Source: Nitrospira sp.
Lineage (GTDB): Bacteria; Nitrospirota; Nitrospiria; Nitrospirales; Nitrospiraceae
Length of the DNA: 64,000 nt
Direction: 5' to 3'
NCBI GenBank assembly: GCA_047150005.1
Contig: AP038806.1
Coordinates: 3,232,001 to 3,296,000 of the forward strand
The translations under genes and the position numbers were made by a program. Shown here piece after piece: positions 21,022 through 31,144 of the stretch (position 1 is the stretch's first letter; each line of letters starts with the position of its first letter). The notes beneath the pieces are model-generated. The model was not told the origin of the DNA and made no database searches. It saw only the letters and a program-made list of their open reading frames with translations.

Positions 21022-21372
21022 TTGAAAGAAGACCGGCACATCAGCATACGGCAATGGTTCCGCAGCGTTTGTCCTGTTCTCGTACTGTGGATAGCCGGTG
21101 CCGTGGTGGCCGGATGCGGCCATGAGGCCGCGCTCACCCGTGAGACCGAGACGGGCGGAGTCGTCACGTTTCCGATCCAGAGCGAGGGGGATGTATTGTC
21201 GTCTGCGGGCCGCCGAGATGCGCTTCGCGTGATCGCCGACAAGTGTCCGAACGGCTCGCGTATCGTCAAGGAAGGTGAAATTCCCAAGGTCAGCAAAGCA
21301 GCCGATCGCAACTGGCGCGGGCAAATGGGAACCGAACGTATCTGGGGGATTCAATTCACATGCGGACAATGA
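21022..21372 (+). CDS. Small lipoprotein
   Basis: Lipobox VAGC plus a Cys pair; start uncertain. Confidence 0.7.
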   Translation: MKEDRHISIRQWFRSVCPVLVLWIAGAVVAGCGHEAALTRETETGGVVTFPIQSEGDVLSSAGRRDALRVIADKCPNGSRIVKEGEIPKVSKAADRNWRGQMGTERIWGIQFTCGQ

Positions 21373-22301
21373 TCGCGGTGCCGCTCATGAGTATGCGATG
21401 GATTCTAGGGATAGGGCTTGTCGTCGCAGCAGCGGGACTGTCCGGCTGCGCGGCCTTGACCGGTGAGAGGACGACCTTCAACCAGGGAGGGGCGAAGATC
21501 GGCCTCGAGCGCGATCCGACGATCGCCCGCGCAAAGACCGACGTTCATAATGCCCATCCCGCCAATCTGACGGGGGCCGAGGTGCGGACGCTGCTCGGTG
21601 CGGTCGAAGTGAGCGGCTGGACCGGGACGATCGTCGGAATCTTCGAGAACCCGAGACCCGCGCCCTTGTTGACCGAGGAACAGCTCAACGCGTACGCGGA
21701 TCCACTATCGGATGCCTTTCGGCAGGCGGGACCGGCGGAACGCGTGACGTTTTCATTTCCGAAGCCCGACGTGAAATACAGCGACAACAGAACGATCGGC
21801 TCCCTGTTCGTGCGCGATAAGTATCTGCACGTCGTGCTGACGGATCATGCCTCATTGACCCGTGCCGACACGGGCGGCGATGACCTGAAGGATCCTCGGG
21901 ATACCAAAGGGATGAAGCTCTGGGTGGCTCTCCCGGCCCGTGCGGCCGTCGTTCCGGATCTCCAGGAGCCCAACTGGGCGGCATTCGAGACGGTTCACGT
22001 CTCGCTGGATATGAAGGAGGCCATCGCGCTTCGCTCGGCGAAACCCCCGGTCCAAGTCGGTCGAGAGTCCGCCATCACCCCTTCTCCTGTCGCCAGCGAC
22101 GCCGGGCCGTCCAAGCAGGATCTGCAGAACCAAGTCCGCGAGCTGACGAATTCCAACCTTGAATTGCGGGGTCGGTTGGATGATCAGGCCAAACAGATGA
22201 AGGCCTTGAACGACGAGATGAATCGTCTTCGTCTCGAGATGGACCAGGCCAAGTCACCTAAGACGCCTCCCCGCAAGAGCCCGGCCCCTTCTGCCCCTTG
22301 A
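21369..22301 (+). CDS. Lipoprotein with C-terminal coiled coil
   Basis: ATGA overlap, lipobox LSGC, heptad-rich C-terminus. Confidence 0.75.
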   Translation: MIAVPLMSMRWILGIGLVVAAAGLSGCAALTGERTTFNQGGAKIGLERDPTIARAKTDVHNAHPANLTGAEVRTLLGAVEVSGWTGTIVGIFENPRPAPLLTEEQLNAYADPLSDAFRQAGPAERVTFSFPKPDVKYSDNRTIGSLFVRDKYLHVVLTDHASLTRADTGGDDLKDPRDTKGMKLWVALPARAAVVPDLQEPNWAAFETVHVSLDMKEAIALRSAKPPVQVGRESAITPSPVASDAGPSKQDLQNQVRELTNSNLELRGRLDDQAKQMKALNDEMNRLRLEMDQAKSPKTPPRKSPAPSAP

Positions 22302-22309
22302 CGGGCGCA

Positions 22310-23392
22310 CTAGCGACGAACCGGTGCGGACCCCGTCGTAATTTCCGATGCCACGGCGCTCTTGTTGATCTGCTGCGCAGGTAATGGAAAGAAGCCCGCT
22401 TTGACGACCGCCTGCTGGCCGTCCTGGCTCATCAGGAAGGCCAGGAACTCCTGTACGGCTGCGGGAAGCGCTGTCTTAGGAGTCTTGTCCAGATAGAGAT
22501 AGAGCATGCGTCGCAGCGGATAGGACTGATCGGCGACGGTAGCCGGGGAGGGGGTAATGAAGGGTGTGCCGGCGGCCTCGGCCAAGGGAACGGCGCGCAC
22601 CATCGAGGATTCCAGACCGAGCCCGCTGTATCCGATGCCGAGCTGATCCCGGCCCAGGCTGAGTATCACCGAAGCGGCTCCCGGATTCTCATGCACTGAC
22701 GGTATGAATTCTCCGCCTCCCAGACAGTGTTCCTGGAAAAAGGCCCTTGTACCGGATTTTCTGTCGCGGCCGTACAGCTGAATCGGGGCGTCGCTCCAGC
22801 CCTCCGACAGCCCGAGCTGTCCCCACTGCGTGATTGGGGTCTTGTGCCCGCGAAGGCGTGTGCTCGAGAACATCGCGTCCACCTGTTCGAGGGTCAGCGC
22901 GTTCAAAGGATTGTCCTTATGGACGTAGATAGCCACGGCGTCGACCGCCACCGGCACGGCCACCGGTTCGTAATCGTGTTGCGCGACGAATTCCTTGAGC
23001 TCCGAATCGAAGAGCTCGCGCGAGGTCGCGACCAGGGAGAAGTGTTGGGAGCGCTCCTCTTTGAGCATCACCTTTCCAGTTTTGTTCAGTGGAGGCTGGA
23101 GAAATTCCTCGATCGCTTTGGACGACCCTCCGCCGCGTACTTCGATACGGACGTTCGGCTGGCGGCGCTGAAATTCGAGGCTCAGGCGTGAGAGTAACGG
23201 GTACATGGTTTCCGAACCCTGGATCTTGAGGCTGCCCTTCACCTGGGTCTGAGGAGCATAGCGTGCGAGTTCGTTATCCGGACTGACCGAAGCGAACGGT
23301 CCTCCCTGTTCGGCGGCGGCGGGATCGACCGTCACGGCGAGGGCGCAGACACCGACGAGCCAAGCACCTCGTTTGAGCATTGAGTGCAACAT
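22310..23392 (-). CDS. Second PstS-family phosphate-binding protein
   Basis: GSETM, GGSSKA, YGRDRKSGT, YPLRRMLYLY; start approximate. Confidence 0.88.
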   Translation of the reverse strand: MLHSMLKRGAWLVGVCALAVTVDPAAAEQGGPFASVSPDNELARYAPQTQVKGSLKIQGSETMYPLLSRLSLEFQRRQPNVRIEVRGGGSSKAIEEFLQPPLNKTGKVMLKEERSQHFSLVATSRELFDSELKEFVAQHDYEPVAVPVAVDAVAIYVHKDNPLNALTLEQVDAMFSSTRLRGHKTPITQWGQLGLSEGWSDAPIQLYGRDRKSGTRAFFQEHCLGGGEFIPSVHENPGAASVILSLGRDQLGIGYSGLGLESSMVRAVPLAEAAGTPFITPSPATVADQSYPLRRMLYLYLDKTPKTALPAAVQEFLAFLMSQDGQQAVVKAGFFPLPAQQINKSAVASEITTGSAPVRR

Positions 23393-23472
23393 TCCCGGGT
23401 CCTTTCTTCGTAAGGTCGCTGGGTTCATACCCAATTTATCCCCGAACGTTATCGGGATAGAGTTTCCGGCGG

Positions 23473-23500
23473 GTAACCTGAATGTTACAAGATTGTTAAC
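23473..23500 (-). promoter_or_regulatory. Pho box upstream of the second pstS
   Basis: Minus strand GTTAACAATCTTGTAAC-N6-GTTAC; 16/17 identical to the 18700 box. Confidence 0.75.
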
Positions 23501-23563
23501 TCTCACCGGAGCCAGTAAGCGCAGTGAGCCCTGTAGTCTCGAGAGCCGAGCCAAGTTTAGAGG

Positions 23564-24511
23564 CTATAGGACGCGGTAATACAGGACGGTGCTGGTGCCG
23601 GTGTTGGCGTCTCGGCGGAGGATCACGATCGCCTGCCTGACGACGTCGTTGACGGTCAGGGTCATGCGGGCGGAGAAGACATCGCTCTTGATGTCATACA
23701 CGTTTTGAAGACGCAGTTCCTTGCCGACCGCCTCGAAGCTTCCGACCCGATCCAGTTCTTGAAGGGTCTTGTAGGGCCGGCCTTGAATGATCTCGCCGGC
23801 GACGGCTTGGCTGACGCGTGCATCCAACGCCTGCAGCACGATCGACTCGGCGGTATTGAGATTCAAACGGCCCTCGCCCTCCTGAGGAAACACCGTGACG
23901 TAGCGCGAAATCTTGTCGAAGCTGTCCGCCGTCATGCCCTTGACGAGACGGAGTTCCCCAAGAGTCTGCAGCGGGGCGTTCGCGGCACGATACGGCGGAT
24001 GCAGAGATTGGTAGTAGAGCGTCTCGGCGCCGGCCGGCTCCGGAGTATCGTCGGGGTCGATCCAGTCGACGATCGCATCGACGATTTCGGGGCTGATCTG
24101 TATCAGCTCGAACAGGCGTTTCACCCTGAGCACCTTGCTTTTTCTGGCATTGGGATCCCCGCCCGCCGCCAGGTCGTTGAGATTCAGCTTGCCGCGCTCG
24201 TCTTCGATTTGCGCGCTCAACACACCGTCGCCGATGGGGTATTGCTGAATCGGAAAGGCCCACAGGTCCGTCGGCGCGTCGTAAAACCGTCCGGCTTGCC
24301 GGTCCTTGAGGAAATCCTGCTGGAGGACGGCCCTGGCCGCCTGCACGGCGGCGCGCGTCAGCACCGTGGCCTTGAAACTGTCTCGGAAGGCTGCCGCGTC
24401 CCGGTATTCGCGTCGCGCCTCGGAGTCAAACTCCAAGATCAAGGCGACGAGCAGGGTGAGGATCAACAGCGCGAGAAGGAGGGCGACGCCGCGCTCGTCA
24501 GACCTTGACAT
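23564..24511 (-). CDS. gspK: T2SS minor pseudopilin K
   Basis: ERG|VALLLAL cleavage site, DERGKLNLN, IVDWIDPD, ELRLVKG, LNLNTA. Confidence 0.92.
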   Translation of the reverse strand: MSRSDERGVALLLALLILTLLVALILEFDSEARREYRDAAAFRDSFKATVLTRAAVQAARAVLQQDFLKDRQAGRFYDAPTDLWAFPIQQYPIGDGVLSAQIEDERGKLNLNDLAAGGDPNARKSKVLRVKRLFELIQISPEIVDAIVDWIDPDDTPEPAGAETLYYQSLHPPYRAANAPLQTLGELRLVKGMTADSFDKISRYVTVFPQEGEGRLNLNTAESIVLQALDARVSQAVAGEIIQGRPYKTLQELDRVGSFEAVGKELRLQNVYDIKSDVFSARMTLTVNDVVRQAIVILRRDANTGTSTVLYYRVL

Positions 24512-25049
24512 AGGTGACGATTCTCAACGAGGCATCCAGACTGACCGGGTTGTCATATTTCGGCTTGATCTGGATGTGACGCACCTGAACGTCGTAGGGT
24601 GCCTGCTCCAGCACGACCAGGAGTGCCAGGAGCTGCGGCAGTTCCACGCCGTCAAGACGGAGATCGACGGCGGTTTCCTGATAGCCTTGTACCGTGGTCG
24701 GCTGCTGCGGTTGCATGCCGACGATACGGTCCCTGAGCTGGGCCGATGTGGCCGCCTCTTCCATGAAGGCCAACAGGGAGAAATTGCTCTCGGTCGGTGG
24801 GAGCCGTTGCTCGCGCTGGGCCAGTCTGGCCTGCTTCGCGGCGTATTCCGCGGCCAGCAGAGTCAGCTCCGATCGTTCCTTCTGCTTGCGGACGGTTTTT
24901 CTCTCCAGCTGGTCCATCTTGGCGAGTAGCGGATCGATCAGCACCAGAAACAGAAGGCAGGCCAAGAGCACCGCTCCCCCGATGCTCACGATCATCCGTT
25001 CGCGAGGAGCAAGATGGCGCCATCGCTCTCTGAGGGTCTGCATCATCAT
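24498..25049 (-). CDS. gspM: T2SS assembly platform protein M
   Basis: WRHLAPRER plus single TM, coiled coil, ferredoxin-like C-terminus. Confidence 0.85.
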   Translation of the reverse strand: MMMQTLRERWRHLAPRERMIVSIGGAVLLACLLFLVLIDPLLAKMDQLERKTVRKQKERSELTLLAAEYAAKQARLAQREQRLPPTESNFSLLAFMEEAATSAQLRDRIVGMQPQQPTTVQGYQETAVDLRLDGVELPQLLALLVVLEQAPYDVQVRHIQIKPKYDNPVSLDASLRIVTYVKV

Positions 25050-26620
25050 GGCTGCGGCACCACATAGGTCAGGCGAAAGATGACTTGGTTGGCCGTCGAT
25101 CCGACTCTCGTGTCCGATACCGAGACGTCTTGGAACTTACCGCTCCCGGAGAACGCTTGCTTGATTTTCTCCACTGCATCGAACGACGCGGTTTCGCCTT
25201 CGAGATGAACGGTCGAGCCGTCGATCGTCAGATCCCGGATGGTCAAGGGAACGCCGGACGGCAGTTGCTTCGCCAGGCTCGACAGGTGGGCCAGCATGTT
25301 GGAACGGCTGCCGTCGATGACGGCGAGACCCTTCTCGAGCTGTCCGACGCGATAGCGTGCCACATCGATCTCCTCACCCGACCCAGCTCCTTCGCCGAAG
25401 CTGCGGACGAAGTCGGCGTGAAGCGTCTGCTTGACGTCGGTAAAGGCCCGGTCCTTGACGTAGACCCGCACGGAAAGATCGATCAACGCCAACATGCCGA
25501 GTACCACGGCGCCCCACAGGGCCAGCCGGCGGTCCTGATGCAACGCCGCAGCTTGTGCGGAGGCGGCTGCCGTCCCGGCATTCAAATCGACGGCAAGGTC
25601 GGAGCCGATGGCTTTGGTCTTCCAGCGTGGGCGGACGATCTTGGGATGGATGGCCAGACCGAAGGCGATCGAAAAGGCTCTGGGGCACGACGCGCCGAAT
25701 CCCTGGCGCGGTCCGACGGGAATCAGCCCGAGCTCCTGGGCGACGTGTCCGCCCAACTCTCGCAGTTTGGACCCTCCGCCTGAGACCCAGCAATGGGAGA
25801 GACGCTGACGTCCGTTGCCCTCATAGGCGTGCAGCGTCACACGCAGTTCCTTCAACAGAGGCTCCAGCCAGGCGTTGACGTCGTGAACGGCCATGGTCCG
25901 CTTGCGCCGCTCGGCTTCCGCAAAACTGCAGGCGTAACGGGCGGCCAGGGCATGGGTAAGGTGATTGCCGCCCCACAGGAGGGTACGGAGCAGGGTCGGG
26001 CGCCCTTCTCGAATGAGGCAGAGCGTTGTCTTTGTCGCTCCGACATCGATGATCGCCAGGTCGCCGGGCACGCGGGCCCCTTCTTCTTGCAGGAACTGGG
26101 TGACGGAATAGAGCGCCATGCCGTCCACGCCGATGGCGGAGGGCTTCAAATCCGCCGCGGCCAGGAATTGAAGATGCTCGGCGACCTTCTCTTTCGGTGC
26201 TGCCGTCACGAGGACTTCGGCGGTCTTGGGTTTCTGCGGGGCATCCGCCGATTCTCTCGCGGGCAGGACCATGCTCCCCATCGCCACGTCGTCCAGGGCC
26301 ATGGGGATGAGATTTTCCACCTCGAACGGCACGACCTGCGCCAGTTTTGCGGCGTCGCGGAACGGAAAGGACAGGGTGCGGATGAACAGATCCTGGCAGG
26401 GCAGGGCGGTGACAATATCGCCGCTACCGTAGAGGCCGTGCTGCCAGAGAAAGCTTCGTAATTGACCGGCGCGCTTGGCCGGTTCGGCGGTTTCCGGACG
26501 ACCGAAAGGGAGCGGAAGATGAAAGTATTCGACGGACTCTCGGCCGGTCAGGCGGCGGCGGAATCGCACAGCCTTAAATGCCGTCAGTCCGATATCGAGG
26601 CCCACACATTCGGCGACCAT
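25046..26620 (-). CDS. gspL: T2SS protein L (PilM-like cytoplasmic + PilN-like periplasmic domains)
   Basis: GLDIG, IIDVGATKT, VSGGGS actin-like fold, TM, periplasmic domain. Confidence 0.85.
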   Translation of the reverse strand: MVAECVGLDIGLTAFKAVRFRRRLTGRESVEYFHLPLPFGRPETAEPAKRAGQLRSFLWQHGLYGSGDIVTALPCQDLFIRTLSFPFRDAAKLAQVVPFEVENLIPMALDDVAMGSMVLPARESADAPQKPKTAEVLVTAAPKEKVAEHLQFLAAADLKPSAIGVDGMALYSVTQFLQEEGARVPGDLAIIDVGATKTTLCLIREGRPTLLRTLLWGGNHLTHALAARYACSFAEAERRKRTMAVHDVNAWLEPLLKELRVTLHAYEGNGRQRLSHCWVSGGGSKLRELGGHVAQELGLIPVGPRQGFGASCPRAFSIAFGLAIHPKIVRPRWKTKAIGSDLAVDLNAGTAAASAQAAALHQDRRLALWGAVVLGMLALIDLSVRVYVKDRAFTDVKQTLHADFVRSFGEGAGSGEEIDVARYRVGQLEKGLAVIDGSRSNMLAHLSSLAKQLPSGVPLTIRDLTIDGSTVHLEGETASFDAVEKIKQAFSGSGKFQDVSVSDTRVGSTANQVIFRLTYVVPQP

Positions 26621-26676
26621 CCGAATTCACCGTTACAAAGAGACCAGGCCGATTCCTGGCGCCAGAACCTTTGATA

Positions 26677-27579
26677 TTACACCGACAACCTAGGATTTGC
26701 GATAGTTCCGAGCACTTTAAATGTAAGAGAGGTGCCGGGCGGGAGCGGGGGTAGCGCCAGTCCGGCGGATTTTTGAGCCCAGCCGGCTCCGGCTTGGACG
26801 GTGACGCTCAACTCCAGCTCGGTCTGATGGATCGGTTGCATCAGGCGGAATCGGCCTTGCCCCGAAATGGTCCCGTCCGGACCCTCTCCGTTGAATTCCT
26901 TCACGTCGCATTGGTCGTTGCGGCACATAAGCGTGAGCATGACGCGGTTGAATGTCAGCGAAGGGATTCGGCTCGGCCCCGCCGGGATCTGCTCCAGGGT
27001 CAGGTCCGCTGCTTCTGCCTTCCATGTTCCGTCGCCTTTGAACGCGACGGTTCCGTCCGGATTGCCGATCCATGCCTGATCCACATCGGCCCGGAAGAGA
27101 CCTTTTGTGACGAGCGGTTTAAGGAACAACGACAGATCGATCTGCTGGAGGTGGGCTTTCACGGCCGTCGGTCCTCGAAAGGACCAGGACGAAGCCGTGA
27201 CGGTTCCCGTGGCCCTGGCCGCACCGGGCTGGCCCGAACCCGGAAAATGCACCAGAGCGTCGAGCGTGTGGCGTCCCGTGAGTTGGGCCCACAGCCCGAC
27301 CTTCATGGTCATCGATTCAATCGGAAACGAAGCGGCGTTGGGTCTTGAGACCATCACGTCGCGCCAGGCCACGCCGAGCGGGAATTCGACGGACCACTCT
27401 GCCGCTCGTACGTCCCATCCGGTGGCCCGCATGATTTCGGTCAGGATACGGGCCTGCAGCGCCTGGAACGGAAAGGTCAGAAACAGGAAGCCGACGAAGC
27501 TGAGCACTCCCGCCGCCGTCCAGAGGAGCGGCTCCTTCATGGAGTTTGCCAGGCTGGACCAGGGCAGGCGCAGGGTCAT
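26677..27579 (-). CDS. gspN: T2SS protein N
   Basis: FLFLTFPF anchor, C-terminal GTIANPRL, position in cluster. Confidence 0.75.
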   Translation of the reverse strand: MTLRLPWSSLANSMKEPLLWTAAGVLSFVGFLFLTFPFQALQARILTEIMRATGWDVRAAEWSVEFPLGVAWRDVMVSRPNAASFPIESMTMKVGLWAQLTGRHTLDALVHFPGSGQPGAARATGTVTASSWSFRGPTAVKAHLQQIDLSLFLKPLVTKGLFRADVDQAWIGNPDGTVAFKGDGTWKAEAADLTLEQIPAGPSRIPSLTFNRVMLTLMCRNDQCDVKEFNGEGPDGTISGQGRFRLMQPIHQTELELSVTVQAGAGWAQKSAGLALPPLPPGTSLTFKVLGTIANPRLSV

Positions 27580-28193
27580 GACGGGGCTCCGACGGACACC
27601 CACTGGCGGATGATCCGCGGATCCGGCGCGTCCTGCTCAAGGGTCAGTTCGATCAAGACCGCCGCCGGGACCCCGGACCTGGCCCGCCCGTCCCACTCGT
27701 CTGTCCAGATATTGCCGGTCCGGTTGTAGTAACGAACGTTGAACCCTCGCACTCTCTTCGCCAGTTCCATTTGCTCCAGCGATTCGTCGTTGATGCCGAA
27801 GATATTGCGCCGGACGATCCGCATCAGGCTGGTTTCGTTCCTGGTATAGACGATGCGGACCATTTCCGTATCGGTTGCGGCGTTCATCGCGCGAAACGGT
27901 CCGACCGTCATGAACGCGATCGTATCGGCCGGTTCCCCTCCCTGTTGCCCATTGATGCCGACCCAGGGACTTGCGGGGTGTTGGAGGCTCATGGCCAGTT
28001 CGTCGGCCATGACGCGCAGCGTGCTCCGCAGCAACTGCTCCTCCGTGGCCGTGGTGCGGGTCCGATCGATCGCGCTGGCGGTCAGATAGAGCGCGCTGAA
28101 CACCATCGTGGCGATCACGGCCACCAGGGCGACCGCCAGCAGCACCTCGACCAACGTAAATCCCTGCTCAGAGCGAGGCAGACGAAAAGACAT
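27576..28193 (-). CDS. gspJ: T2SS minor pseudopilin J
   Basis: G|FTLVEVLLA; WTDEWD...PAAVLIEL. Confidence 0.88.
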   Translation of the reverse strand: MSFRLPRSEQGFTLVEVLLAVALVAVIATMVFSALYLTASAIDRTRTTATEEQLLRSTLRVMADELAMSLQHPASPWVGINGQQGGEPADTIAFMTVGPFRAMNAATDTEMVRIVYTRNETSLMRIVRRNIFGINDESLEQMELAKRVRGFNVRYYNRTGNIWTDEWDGRARSGVPAAVLIELTLEQDAPDPRIIRQWVSVGAPS

Positions 28194-28593
28194 AGGTGCT
28201 GACCTCGACCATTTCCTCTGCGGCCCCTTGTGGCCAGATGATTTGAATCTTCACTTCCCGGACGTTCGGCAGCATCGTGGTCATCACAAAGCGCTTCCAG
28301 CGGTATTTCTCCGCGCGATGCTGGAAGTCAGCCGGGGATTGAGCCCCAGGAGGGGGATTCTGAAAATCGCCGCCGGTTTCGCCCAGCGGAAAGGCGGTCG
28401 CCGCCTCCGCTTCCATCAGCTTTTCCTGTGCGAGCATGGTGGCGGCCGCAATGTCGCCGGCCCGCGAGTACAGGCCCAAATCGAAGTTGCGCAAGCCGAG
28501 GAGAATCGGCAGGGCCATCGCCAGGATGGCCAGTGCGATCAGCACTTCCAGCAGGGTGAAACCTCGAGCGTCGTGCATCTTACGACTGCCCAC
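28168..28593 (-). CDS. gspI: T2SS minor pseudopilin I
   Basis: G|FTLLEVLIALAIL; YRWKR. Confidence 0.88.
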   Translation of the reverse strand: MGSRKMHDARGFTLLEVLIALAILAMALPILLGLRNFDLGLYSRAGDIAAATMLAQEKLMEAEAATAFPLGETGGDFQNPPPGAQSPADFQHRAEKYRWKRFVMTTMLPNVREVKIQIIWPQGAAEEMVEVSTYVFSSASL

Positions 28594-29233
28594 CCGGTGC
28601 CACGGGCGCGACGGGCTTGAGTCCGGGAAGGGTCTGTTGAATCTGCAGCAATTGGCGGATGCGCTCCGGAAGCGTCCAGGGTCGCGGAGGCTCGATCCGT
28701 TGATCGCTCACGCGGATGGTGGCCGTCACCGGCTCCACCTGGATTCCCAGGAGATTGTTGTTGTCGTCCATCAGGTGCATCACGACCGGATCGATCTTGC
28801 CGTTTGGATAGAACAACAGCGCAGTCCGGCCGGCGCTACTCTTCTTCTGGCCGATCTGAATGTCTGTAATATGAATCGATTCGGGCAGGTTGACCGGCGT
28901 CTGCCAGGCTTCATTGAGCGGCAGCCGTTCCTCACCATCCTGGAGAATCATCGGCCAGTACTGTCCTCGTTCGAGATCGATGTGTAACCGCACGGGTTTC
29001 TGGGCGGCGACGGCCATATCTTGGAAGGTCCGAAGCGCGCTGACCCACTTTCGTCCGTTGGACGCAAGGGTCTCGCCGATCCCGATGCGCGGGATCAGGA
29101 TAGTCAGCAAACCGGTCAACAGGAAGAGCACGATGATGATTTCAAGAATGGTGAAACCGTCCGTCCCACGGCGGCGCTCCCGGGGCCGGTTCTGGAAGCC
29201 TGGCTCGGCTGCGCGGGAAAGATAATGTGTCAT
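28580..29233 (-). CDS. gspH: T2SS minor pseudopilin H
   Basis: G|FTILEIIIV; FYPNG. Confidence 0.85.
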   Translation of the reverse strand: MTHYLSRAAEPGFQNRPRERRRGTDGFTILEIIIVLFLLTGLLTILIPRIGIGETLASNGRKWVSALRTFQDMAVAAQKPVRLHIDLERGQYWPMILQDGEERLPLNEAWQTPVNLPESIHITDIQIGQKKSSAGRTALLFYPNGKIDPVVMHLMDDNNNLLGIQVEPVTATIRVSDQRIEPPRPWTLPERIRQLLQIQQTLPGLKPVAPVAPGGQS

Positions 29234-29304
29234 GGAGCTGCTCTGGGCCGATCGCGGGAGCCGGCGGTAGCACCTCCGCGATGATCCGATCCCGGATCGG
29301 ACGG

Positions 29305-29862
29305 TCAGTCCTTATCGAGGTTCCAGTTGGTGATGTCGGCGTTCACCCCTTCTCCGCCGGCCTCTCCGTCGGTGCCGAGCGACGTGACTTGATAGTCGCC
29401 CTTGATCTGGCCGTACTGGCCCTGCTGGACGGGGGCCGGGCTCACATATTTATATGGATTGCCCCAGGGATCTTCCGGGACGTTCGGAATGTACCCGCCC
29501 AGTTTCCACTTTTTTGGAATGACGCCGACCGATGGTTTCTCGACCAAGGCTTTCAGGCCCTGTTCCGTCGTGGGATACACGCCGTTGTCCAGCTTGTACA
29601 GTTGCAGCGCCCCTTCGAGATTGCGGATCTGCACCTTGGCGGCCGTGCGCTTCGCGTCGTCCGTCCGTCCCATGATGCGCGGGACGACCAGGGCTGCGAG
29701 AATGGCGAGGATCGCCACCACGACCATGATCTCGATGAACGTGAACCCGCGGTGCCCCAGCAGCAGGTGGTGGGGATGAGGCCGCCCCGGAGCGACTTCA
29801 AAGTCGCAAGCGGTCTGCCGTGCCGTCTGTCGGTCGTTCGTTTCCATCCTGTCGCTCACCAC
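29305..29862 (-). CDS. gspG: T2SS major pseudopilin G
   Basis: G|FTFIEIMVV, YKLDNGVYPTTEQGLKAL, DPWGNPY, SLGTDGEAGGEG. Confidence 0.96.
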   Translation of the reverse strand: MVSDRMETNDRQTARQTACDFEVAPGRPHPHHLLLGHRGFTFIEIMVVVAILAILAALVVPRIMGRTDDAKRTAAKVQIRNLEGALQLYKLDNGVYPTTEQGLKALVEKPSVGVIPKKWKLGGYIPNVPEDPWGNPYKYVSPAPVQQGQYGQIKGDYQVTSLGTDGEAGGEGVNADITNWNLDKD

Positions 29863-29905
29863 ACACCTCCGTTGACGTGATCGTTGTTGCCGTACTCGTC
29901 GGGTT

Positions 29906-31144
29906 TCACCCTACCATTTGACCCATCTCGAAGATCGGAAGCAAGATGGCGACGACGATGAAAAACACGAGGATGCCCATGACGAGGATCATGACCGGCT
30001 CCAGCAGCGAGGTGAAACGCGTGATCACTCGGTCGACCTCGCCGTCGTAGATCTGTCCGATTCGCCGCAACATCTCCTCCATTTCGCCGCTCCGCTCGCC
30101 GACGGCGATCATGTGGGTGACGAGCGAGGGAAACTCGCCGCTTCGCTTCAGCGGCTCGGCGATGGTTTCTCCCTCCCGGATATTCTGGCGCGCCTCTTCG
30201 ACGGCGTGTTCGAGCACCCGGTTATTCATGACCCTCCGGGAGACGTCCATGGCCTCGAGCAGTTGGACGCCGCTCGCCAGCATCGTGGCGAGGGTGCTGG
30301 ACAATCGGGAAATCGACACCATGCGCGCGACGTCGCCGATCAGTGGCAGCCTGAGGATGAGACGGTCGGCCAGAACGCGGCCGGTCTCCGTCCTGACGCT
30401 TCGGCGCACGGCCCACATCAGGACGACCGCGCCGCCGACAAGGACGGGCCAGTAATCCGCGCACCAGCGGCTGAGCGTCATCAGGACTACGGTCGGCCAG
30501 GGAAGCGCCTGCTTCAAGTTTGCGAAGACGGCCGTGATTTTCGGCACGACGAACGTCATGAGGAAAAACAGGACGGCCACGCCGACAAGCAGCATCAAGG
30601 CTGGGTAGAGGATGGCGTTCGTCACCTTGTGCTTGAGCGCGAGCTGCTTCTCCAGGAACTCCGCGAGCCGGAACAGGATCTGATCCAGCGCGCCGCTGGC
30701 TTCCCCGGCCCTGACCATGTGAACGTAGATCTGGGAGAACTCTCGCGGATAACGCTCGAGCGCGACGCTGTAGGACTTGCCGCCGCGAATCTCCTCGCGA
30801 ATGTCGGCCAGGATCGACTTGACCGATTTCTTCTCGGTCTGTTCGAGGAGCACGCCGAGAGCGTCGACGAGGGGCAGCCCCGCAACGAGCAGCGTGGCCA
30901 GTTGCCGCGTCATCATGGCGATGTCGCCGGGCCCCAACGCGGACCGGCCGCCCACGGGAGCCGGTCCCGTCGATGCGCGGGAGGCAGTCGGGGCCTGGCC
31001 GGCGCTTCCCTGCTCCGACATCTCCGTGGGAAAGACGCCGTCCTTCCTCAGTTTGAGCCGGGCGACCTTGGGGCTTTCGGCGTCGATGATACCGGTCGCC
31101 GATCCCCCGTCCTGTTTGTAGCCACGGTATTGATAGACCGGCAT
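29906..31144 (-). CDS. gspF: T2SS inner-membrane protein F
   Basis: TRQLATLLVAGLPL, AGEASGAL, GERSGEMEEML, LLEPVMI. Confidence 0.95.
   Translation of the reverse strand: MPVYQYRGYKQDGGSATGIIDAESPKVARLKLRKDGVFPTEMSEQGSAGQAPTASRASTGPAPVGGRSALGPGDIAMMTRQLATLLVAGLPLVDALGVLLEQTEKKSVKSILADIREEIRGGKSYSVALERYPREFSQIYVHMVRAGEASGALDQILFRLAEFLEKQLALKHKVTNAILYPALMLLVGVAVLFFLMTFVVPKITAVFANLKQALPWPTVVLMTLSRWCADYWPVLVGGAVVLMWAVRRSVRTETGRVLADRLILRLPLIGDVARMVSISRLSSTLATMLASGVQLLEAMDVSRRVMNNRVLEHAVEEARQNIREGETIAEPLKRSGEFPSLVTHMIAVGERSGEMEEMLRRIGQIYDGEVDRVITRFTSLLEPVMILVMGILVFFIVVAILLPIFEMGQMVG

Noticed and set aside
26632..26676. Possible remnant of an alternative gspN 3' end (KVLAPGIGLVSL*)
   Set aside because: Similarity to the real C-terminus is too short to distinguish from chance
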